From: an uncultured Gemmatimonadaceae bacterium
GTDB lineage: Bacteria; Gemmatimonadota; Gemmatimonadetes; Gemmatimonadales; Gemmatimonadaceae
DNA: 64,000 nucleotides
Direction of reading: 5' to 3'
Assembly: GCA_963761305.1 (NCBI GenBank)
Contig: CAVXGK010000001.1
Span: forward strand, 448,001-512,000
The notes below the pieces were generated by a model. The model made no database searches. It had not been told where the DNA came from and worked only from the letters and a program-made list of their open reading frames with translations. How positions within the stretch are numbered: the stretch's first letter is position 1; every line of letters begins with the position of its first letter. Below are positions 57,476 through 64,000 of this stretch, in pieces. The position numbers and the translations under genes are program-made.

Positions 57476-59005
57476 CTAGAGGATGTATCTCCGAAGATCC
57501 TCGTCGTCGACGATCGTCTTCAACCGCTCCCTCACCACGACGGCGTCGACGAAAATCGTGTCCTTCCCTCGGTCCGGCAGGTCGAACAACACGTCCTCGA
57601 GGAGCGTCGTCATCACGGTGTGCAGACGCCTGGCGCCGATGTTCTCCATCCGTTCGTTCACCATCGCGGCGATGCGTGCGATCTCGGCGATGCCGCTCTC
57701 GGCGAATTCGAGCGTCGCGCCTTCGGCTTCGACGAGCGCGGCGTACTGTTTTGTAAGCGCGTTTTCCGGCTCGGTCATGATGCGCACGAAATCCTTCTCC
57801 GTGAGCGGCTTGAGCTCGACGCGGATCGGGAACCGGCCCTGTAGCTCTGGAATCAGATCGCTCGGCTTCGACACGTGGAACGCGCCGGCGGCGATGAAGA
57901 GCACGTGATCGGTCTTCACCATGCCGTATTTCGTCTGCACGTTCGAGCCTTCGACGATCGGCAGGAGGTCGCGCTGCACGCCTTCGCGTGACACGTCGGG
58001 GCCGCCCATCTGCGAGCGCTCGCCGGCGATCTTGTCGATCTCGTCGAGGAAGATGATGCCGAGCTTCTCGACGCGATCCAGCGCGTCGGCCGTCACGTCC
58101 TCCAAGTCGATCAACTTCTCGAGCTCCTGCTCGAACAGGATGCGCCGAGCCTCGGCAACCTTCACCGTGCGCTTCTTCTTGCGCTTGGGCAGCATCTCCT
58201 TGAGCATGTCGGCGAAGTTGTCCATCCCCTCCGGCGCGCCTTGCGACGCGAGCACGTCGAACATCGGGCTCGCCTGTGGCGTCACCTCGACTTCCACCTC
58301 GCGCTCCTCGAGCCGGCCGTCGAGCAGGAGCTGGCGAAGCTTGTCGCGCGTCCGCTTGTAACGCTCCTGCGCTACGTCGACCGTCTCTTTCGTGACCGTG
58401 CCGGCGCCGGAGACGAGGAAGACGCCCAATGCATCGTCGTCCGTCGGCGTGACTCGCGGCGGCGCCGCGGGAGGCGGCGGCTCGTGGGCCGCGCCGTCGG
58501 TCGGCGCCGGAGAGGTGGCGTTGCCAGCGCCGGGGTGCGGCCCCTGCGCGCTGGGCGGCGGAAGCAAAAGATCGAGCAGGCGTTCGTCGACGCGTTCGTG
58601 AGCCAGATCCTCGACCTCCGACTCGCGCTCGCTGCGCACCATGTCGATCGCGCTCTCGACGAGGTCGCGCACCATCGACTCGACGTCGCGGCCGACGTAG
58701 CCGACCTCGGTGAACTTCGACGCTTCGACCTTGATGAACGGCGCGCCGGCCAGCTTGGCGAGGCGTCGCGCGATCTCGGTCTTCCCGACGCCGGTCGGTC
58801 CGATGAGGATGATGTTGTTCGGCGAGATCTCCTCGCGAATCGAATCGGGCGCGCGCTGGCGGCGCCACCTGTTCCGGAGCGCGATCGCAACGGCCTTCTT
58901 GGCTTCCGCCTGGCCGACGATGTACCGATCGAGCTCCGCGGCGATCTGGCGCGGGGTGAGGTCGGCGAGACGGGCGAGCGTTTGTTGCGTGCGGCTGGAC
59001 GGCAT
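57476..59005 (-). CDS. hslU: ATP-dependent protease ATPase subunit HslU
   Basis: LTPRQI..ELDRYIVGQ, GPTGVGKTEIARR, DEIDKI, GVQRDLLP, NIGARRL, DLRRYIL. Confidence 0.97.
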   Translation of the reverse strand: MPSSRTQQTLARLADLTPRQIAAELDRYIVGQAEAKKAVAIALRNRWRRQRAPDSIREEISPNNIILIGPTGVGKTEIARRLAKLAGAPFIKVEASKFTEVGYVGRDVESMVRDLVESAIDMVRSERESEVEDLAHERVDERLLDLLLPPPSAQGPHPGAGNATSPAPTDGAAHEPPPPAAPPRVTPTDDDALGVFLVSGAGTVTKETVDVAQERYKRTRDKLRQLLLDGRLEEREVEVEVTPQASPMFDVLASQGAPEGMDNFADMLKEMLPKRKKKRTVKVAEARRILFEQELEKLIDLEDVTADALDRVEKLGIIFLDEIDKIAGERSQMGGPDVSREGVQRDLLPIVEGSNVQTKYGMVKTDHVLFIAAGAFHVSKPSDLIPELQGRFPIRVELKPLTEKDFVRIMTEPENALTKQYAALVEAEGATLEFAESGIAEIARIAAMVNERMENIGARRLHTVMTTLLEDVLFDLPDRGKDTIFVDAVVVRERLKTIVDDEDLRRYIL

Positions 59006-59009
59006 GCGG

Positions 59010-59570
59010 TCAGGACGATTCCAGAACTGTAATATTCGTGTTCGTGTAGATGCAGATCTCGCCGGCGATGTTCATCGCCCGCTTGACGATCTCGTTCGCG
59101 TCGAGCGGCGTCGTGCCGGCGAGCGCTCGGGCGGCGGCGAGCGCGTACGACCCGCCCGACCCGATCGCCAGGATGCCGTCGTCCGGCTCGATGAGCTCGC
59201 CCGTCCCCGACACGATGAATCCGTGGTCCTTGTCGGCGATGATCAACATCGCCTCGAGCCGCCGCAGCACGCGGTCGCTCCGCCAATCCTTGGCGAGCTC
59301 CACCGCGGCGCGCGGCAGGTTTCCCGGATAGCGCTCGAGCTTCTCCTCGAATTTCTCGAACAGCGTCATCGCGTCGGCGGCCGCGCCAGCGAAGCCCGCG
59401 ACCACCTTCCCGCCGCGAAGGACCCGCACCTTCTGCGCGTGCGACTTCATCACGGTCTCGCCGACCGTCACCTGCCCGTCGCCGCCGATGGCGACCTTGC
59501 CGTCGCGCCGCACGGCCAGAATCGTCGTGGCACGGATGCGCGGCAGACTCCCGTCGTTCTCGTTCGACAT
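59010..59570 (-). CDS. hslV: ATP-dependent protease subunit HslV
   Basis: TTILAVR, GDGQVT, AGFAG..ADA.TLFEKFE, AIGSGG.YA, ICIYTN. Confidence 0.97.
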   Translation of the reverse strand: MSNENDGSLPRIRATTILAVRRDGKVAIGGDGQVTVGETVMKSHAQKVRVLRGGKVVAGFAGAAADAMTLFEKFEEKLERYPGNLPRAAVELAKDWRSDRVLRRLEAMLIIADKDHGFIVSGTGELIEPDDGILAIGSGGSYALAAARALAGTTPLDANEIVKRAMNIAGEICIYTNTNITVLESS

Positions 59571-59614
59571 ATCACGTAACCTAGCGCGGGCGGCGAGTGC
59601 TCCCGGGGCGCCCG

Positions 59615-60568
59615 TCAGGCGCGCGGGTGGGCCTTCTGGTACACCTGTTTGAGCCGCTCGACGCTCGTGTGGGTGTAAATCTGAGTCGTCGAGACGGATG
59701 CGTGGCCGAGCAGCTCCTGCACCGCCCGCAGGTCGGCGCCCGCGTCGAGCAGATGGGTGGCGAACGTGTGACGAAGCGAGTGGACGCTGAGCCCGGCGTC
59801 CTCGTCGATCCGACGCAGGAAGCCCGTTACCACCTTCTGCACAGCGCGAACGCCGATGCGACGGCCCGTCCGCGTGAGGAACACCGCGCTTCGGTCGCCA
59901 CCTCGGCCAACCGACCGCAACAGCTCGTCTCGCGCACGCTCGTAGTTGCGGAGAGCGAGAATCGCGTGGTCGCCCACCGGCACGATGCGCTCCTTGCGCC
60001 CCTTGCCGCGCACCTTCGCCTGCTGTGTCACCATGTCGAGATCGCCGCGGCCGAGTCCTTGGAGCTCGGACAAGCGAATGCCGGTCGAGTAGAAGAGCTC
60101 CAGGATCGCCAGGTTGCGGACGTCGACGAACCGTCCTTCCCACGCGCGCACTTCGGCCATCTGAAACAGCAAGTCGATCTGCGCGCGGTCGAGATACGCC
60201 GGCAAGTGCTTCTCCAGCCTCGGCGCGCCGACCGCTCGCGCAGGATTGGCGTCGACGATCTCGCTGCGATGGAGATAGCGATAGAAGCTGCGCACCCCCG
60301 ACAGCGTTCTCGCCATGGACCGCTTCGATAGATTCCGCCGCGCGAGGTGGCCGAGGAATCCGCGCATCGCGATCCGGTCGACGCCCTGCCAGGTCCACGC
60401 GGCCTCCGAGTAGTATTTGCCGAGGAAGCGTACGAACTCGCTGAGATCGCGATCGTAGGCGCGGACGGTGTTCGGCGACACGTCTCGCTCCTTCGCGAGA
60501 TGGTCGAGAAAGTCGCGGACTTCGTTTCGACGCGGTTCGTCGTGCACGGCGTCGGACGTGCCGCTCAC
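59615..60568 (-). CDS. xerC: Tyrosine recombinase XerC
   Basis: [37 protein letters not shown]...TTQIYTH; trmFO-xerC-hslVU context; GTGA coupling. Confidence 0.9.
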   Translation of the reverse strand: MSGTSDAVHDEPRRNEVRDFLDHLAKERDVSPNTVRAYDRDLSEFVRFLGKYYSEAAWTWQGVDRIAMRGFLGHLARRNLSKRSMARTLSGVRSFYRYLHRSEIVDANPARAVGAPRLEKHLPAYLDRAQIDLLFQMAEVRAWEGRFVDVRNLAILELFYSTGIRLSELQGLGRGDLDMVTQQAKVRGKGRKERIVPVGDHAILALRNYERARDELLRSVGRGGDRSAVFLTRTGRRIGVRAVQKVVTGFLRRIDEDAGLSVHSLRHTFATHLLDAGADLRAVQELLGHASVSTTQIYTHTSVERLKQVYQKAHPRA

Positions 60569-61923
60569 GCCGACGCTCGTTCCGGTGCCGCGAGCCCCGT
60601 GAGCGTGATCGACTCGCGCCATTCCGCCATCGCGGTGAGCGCACGCTCGGCGAACCGCTCTCGTTTGACGCGCTTGTCCTTGATGCGCTCAGTCAGATCG
60701 TCCAGCAGACCGAAGTTGGCGTTCATCGGCTGGAAGTGCGCCGGCTCGGCCTCGCGCAGATACCGGTACAGCGCGCCGATCATCGTCGTGGGCGGCGGAA
60801 TCACCGGCGCGTCGCCCGCGAGCATGCGCGAGAGATTGATCGCGGCGAGCAAGCCGGTGGCGGTGCTCTCGGTGTAGCCCTCGACGCCGGTGAGTTGTCC
60901 GGCGAAGAGCGTCATCGGATCGTCGCGCAGCGACAGATGCGGCGTGAGCGACGCCGGCGAATTCACGTAGGCGTTTCGGTGGATCGATCCGAAGCGGAGG
61001 AATTCGGCGTTCTCGAGCCCCGGCAGCAGTCGAAACACTCGCTGCTGCTCCGGAATGCGGAGCCGAGTCTGGAAGCCGACGATGTTCCACATCCGTCCGC
61101 CGCGATCTTCCATGCGGAGTTGGGCAACGGCATACGCGTCGCGACCGGTGCGCGGATCGCGAAGACCGACGGGCTTCATTGGCCCGAAGCGAAGCGTCTC
61201 GCGGCCGCGGCGCGCCATCTCCTCGACGGGCATGCAGCCCTCGAAGTACGGCACCTCGTCGAACTCGTGGCCGTGGTGCTGATCGGCGGCGACGAGCGCG
61301 TCGACAAATGTTTCATACTGTTCGCGCGTGAACGGACAGTTGATGTACGCGCCACCCTCGGCGTCGTCCATCGTCTCCTTGCCGTACCGTGACGCCCGAA
61401 AGACGATCGACTCGTCGATCGACTCGTGGGCGACGATCGGCGCGATCGAGTCGTAGAACGCGAGCGATTCGACACCGAGCCGCGCACGAATGGACTCGGC
61501 GAGCGCGTCGGAGGTGAGCGGCCCCGTGGCGACGATGCCCGGGCTGGGCAGATCGGCGACTTCTTCGCGCACGATGGTGATTCTGGGATGCGACGTAACG
61601 CGCTCGTGCACCGTCGACGAGAACACGTCGCGATCGACGGCGAGCGCGGTACCGCCGGGAACGCGCGCCTGGTCGGCACCCCACAACACGACCGATCCGA
61701 GCAGCCGCATCTCGGCTTTGAGCAATCCGTGCGCGTTGGTCGTCTCGGTGCTCTTGAACGTGTTCGAGCAGACCAGCTCGGCGAGCCGGTCGGTCTTGTG
61801 CGCGGGAGTTCCGCGCACGCCGCGCATCTCGTGCACGACCACGTCGTGCCCGCGCTCGGCGAGCTGCCACGCGGCCTCGCTCCCGGCGAGGCCGCCGCCA
61901 ACGATGTGAATCGGTCCCGTCAT
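60565..61923 (-). CDS. trmFO: FADH2/methylenetetrahydrofolate-dependent tRNA (uracil-54)-methyltransferase
   Basis: [54 protein letters not shown]. Confidence 0.96.
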   Translation of the reverse strand: MTGPIHIVGGGLAGSEAAWQLAERGHDVVVHEMRGVRGTPAHKTDRLAELVCSNTFKSTETTNAHGLLKAEMRLLGSVVLWGADQARVPGGTALAVDRDVFSSTVHERVTSHPRITIVREEVADLPSPGIVATGPLTSDALAESIRARLGVESLAFYDSIAPIVAHESIDESIVFRASRYGKETMDDAEGGAYINCPFTREQYETFVDALVAADQHHGHEFDEVPYFEGCMPVEEMARRGRETLRFGPMKPVGLRDPRTGRDAYAVAQLRMEDRGGRMWNIVGFQTRLRIPEQQRVFRLLPGLENAEFLRFGSIHRNAYVNSPASLTPHLSLRDDPMTLFAGQLTGVEGYTESTATGLLAAINLSRMLAGDAPVIPPPTTMIGALYRYLREAEPAHFQPMNANFGLLDDLTERIKDKRVKRERFAERALTAMAEWRESITLTGLAAPERASA

Positions 61924-61953
61924 TCGGCCAGAGCGGCAGGACGCGAAACAGCG

Positions 61954-61991
61954 AGACGTCTGACGTCAGATGTCAGACGTCTGACGTCAGA
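61954..61991. repeat. 7-bp tandem repeat (A/T)GA(C/T)GTC x5, self-complementary
   Basis: AGACGTC TGACGTC AGATGTC AGACGTC TGACGTC AGA upstream of trmFO. Confidence 0.85.
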
Positions 61992-62003
61992 TTTCTCGAT
62001 CAT

Positions 62004-63170
62004 TTACTTGGACATCTGGATGACGTCGCCGTAGTACTGAACTTTGCCCGCGTCGAACGCCTTGAGCAGATCCTGAATGCCCGACGTCACCGACGCGAGG
62101 CGGCCGCCGTATCGCATTTGCGGCGTCGTGCCCGCCGCCCCGAAGCCGCCGCGAAAGCCGCCGCCGATCGAACGAATGAACGAGCTGTTCGCGTCGAGCG
62201 GCAGCGTCGCGACATTCTTATAGAAGCGCGACCACTCGTCGTCCTGCTGAAACAGATACTGCTCGACGTTGGACGTGTAGAAGGCGGACACGACCGCGTG
62301 ATGGTCCTTGAGGTACTGCGCGACGGCGCGGATCGCTTTCGGTCCGGCGAAGTTGCCGACGACCGGCACCAGCAGGTTCTTCGTCTCGAAATCTTTGAGC
62401 CAGCGGTAATTCGCCTCGGTGGCGAGGTAGGCCCAGTTCTTCCCCGACGTGTCGGTGGCCTGCTGCAGCGTGGCGTAGGTCGGCATGCCGCCGCGTCCAA
62501 AGCCGCCACCGCCGCCGCTCGAGAAGTTGTAGTTGATCTGCGGACCGGCGTCGTAGAACTGCGAGTAGATGTACTCGAGCGTCTTGACGTCGCTGTCGCC
62601 CATCACGAAGCCGTGTGACGCCAGGTGCTCCTTGATCGCGGCGAAGTTGCGCTTCCACATGTTCGAGTCTGGCGCCGTGGTGGCGTACGCCTCGAACAGC
62701 TTCTGCGGCGTCGAGTTCGTGTCGAGTCCCGCCGGCCGCGGACGGCTGAACAGTTTCGAGAGGAAATCGGCGCGGTCGGCCGACGTCTCGAGGAGCGCCT
62801 TGTACATCAGGTGCTCGACCATGTTGCCGCGCCTGATGTCGAAGATGAACGCGATCTTCGGCTGCAGCGACACGATGTACGTGAAATTCTGTTCGGGGCC
62901 GACGCCGAGGTAGACGCCGCCGGGCTTGATGACGCTGCGGAGATACGGAATCACCGCCTGAAAGCCCGTCTCGTTCGACAGCAGGTTGTCGGAACGGAAG
63001 TAGCCGCCGGCTTCGGAGAAATCCGCGTTGAGCTGCCAGATCTCTTTGTCGCTGAGGCGCGCTGGAATCGTGCTCTGCGCCGTCGCGACCCGCGGAACGG
63101 CGAAAAGGGCCGCGGCCGCCAGGAGCGACGCCGGGCGTCGCCAGACGTTCGTGCGTGTGTGGGTATGCAT
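62004..63170 (-). CDS. Secreted hypothetical protein (possibly methyltransferase-like fold)
   Basis: Signal peptide; FSEAGGYFRSDNLLSNE, YLGVGPEQNFTYI, FYTSNVEQYL. Confidence 0.75.
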   Translation of the reverse strand: MHTHTRTNVWRRPASLLAAAALFAVPRVATAQSTIPARLSDKEIWQLNADFSEAGGYFRSDNLLSNETGFQAVIPYLRSVIKPGGVYLGVGPEQNFTYIVSLQPKIAFIFDIRRGNMVEHLMYKALLETSADRADFLSKLFSRPRPAGLDTNSTPQKLFEAYATTAPDSNMWKRNFAAIKEHLASHGFVMGDSDVKTLEYIYSQFYDAGPQINYNFSSGGGGGFGRGGMPTYATLQQATDTSGKNWAYLATEANYRWLKDFETKNLLVPVVGNFAGPKAIRAVAQYLKDHHAVVSAFYTSNVEQYLFQQDDEWSRFYKNVATLPLDANSSFIRSIGGGFRGGFGAAGTTPQMRYGGRLASVTSGIQDLLKAFDAGKVQYYGDVIQMSK

Positions 63171-63402
63171 GTCCGTTTCTCTCGCGTTGGGCCTCACCGG
63201 GCTCCCTGCATAATGCACCGTCGCGCCCTGCACGTCACCTCCGGGGGACGGTGGCCCTCAGCGGCGGCACCGAAACCGGTCGGAAATCCGATTTGCCGCG
63301 GCGAGCGTACCCCCGGCACTTGGTCGCCAACGGCCGAGCGAACTGCTTGGGGCCGTCGCACCTCGGCCGCGTGCCCCGGCGCACATCCCGACAGGAGGCT
63401 TC

Positions 63403-64000
63403 ATGCGGTTCCGTTCTCTCACGCCAGGGGCGCGCTTGGCGGCCGCCATCGCGACGGTCGCAGTGATCGCCGGCGCCGGCATCGGCGTCGCACGCGCGTC
63501 GGACCACCAGGACAATCCACTCGTCGAACTCAATCCGGCGATGGACATGACCGACGTCTACGCGTTTCCTGGCTCGTCCCCCGACAGGATCGCCCTGGTC
63601 CTGAACAGCTGGGCATTCCTCACGCCGGCGCAGACGCCGTCCACGTCGTTCGATCCGAATCTCCTCTACCAGTTCAAGATCGACAACACGGGCGACGCCA
63701 AAGAGGACAAGGTCATTCAGATCGTCTTCAAGGGCACGGGCGCGAATCAGACGGTCGAAGTGCGCGGACCCGTCGCGCCCCCGGTGCTCGGCGCGATGAA
63801 CAACCAGCTCGCCAGCGGCGACCCCGCCGTCTCCGGCCCGCTGAACCAGGTCCTCGGGTCGGCGAGCGGCATTCAGGTGTTTGCCGGCCCGCGCGAAGAG
63901 CCGTTCTTCATCGACCTCGAGCAGTTCTTCCGCATCCTCCCCGACCGCAAGCCGTCGACCGGCGTGCTCTCCGCGCTGCCCGACACGGCGACCGCGGGCT
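63403..64000 (+). CDS. DUF4331-like secreted protein, cut by the window edge
   Basis: Signal peptide then ASDHQD.P...DMTDVYAF, FDPNLLYQFKIDNTGDA.ED, VFAGPREEPFFIDL; absent from the ORF track because it has no stop in the window. Confidence 0.85.
   Translation, partial: MRFRSLTPGARLAAAIATVAVIAGAGIGVARASDHQDNPLVELNPAMDMTDVYAFPGSSPDRIALVLNSWAFLTPAQTPSTSFDPNLLYQFKIDNTGDAKEDKVIQIVFKGTGANQTVEVRGPVAPPVLGAMNNQLASGDPAVSGPLNQVLGSASGIQVFAGPREEPFFIDLEQFFRILPDRKPSTGVLSALPDTATAG

Noticed and set aside
59615..60568. Tyrosine recombinase as the integron integrase or a prophage integrase
   Set aside because: It lacks the IntI-specific insertion and sits in the housekeeping trmFO-xerC-hslVU cluster.
63283..63309. 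ECF-sigma-type promoter (GAAATCC-N16-CGTA) before the DUF4331-like gene
   Set aside because: Plausible, but the motif is too short to support from a single instance.

Overview
High-GC (roughly two-thirds G+C by eye) bacterial chromosome segment. Gene style (Ser/Thr kinase-TPR protein, RCC1 lipoproteins, Oar-like receptor, SusD-like fragment) suggests Gemmatimonadota; this is inference. Left part (1-18.6 kb): an outer-membrane receptor plus secreted partner, an RCC1 lipoprotein, a SMUG2-like glycosylase, TetR/DHA2 efflux genes, and a four-gene oxalate-assimilation-like operon (oxlT, panE-like reductase, frameshifted acyl-CoA ligase, alanine/serine-glyoxylate aminotransferase). Middle (18.6-51 kb): an accessory region that begins with a short integron-integrase-like stub. 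It continues with many short, mostly co-oriented cassette-type genes (six VOC proteins, GNATs, methyltransferases, DinB, ABM) separated by eroded attC-like remnants, which reads as a decaying integron. The middle also holds an ankyrin gene with a structured SD-occluding leader, a kinase truncated by a SusD-like fragment, a degenerate tRNA-Ile 3' fragment, a 21-bp minisatellite patch, and a ~195-bp inverted-repeat element enclosing promoter-like sequences. Right part: core genes bcp, argF, hslU, hslV, xerC and trmFO, with three extra genes and a 16-bp VNTR between hslU and argF. No CRISPR array, rRNA or intact tRNA was seen. All family assignments come from motif recognition by eye; no database search was run.
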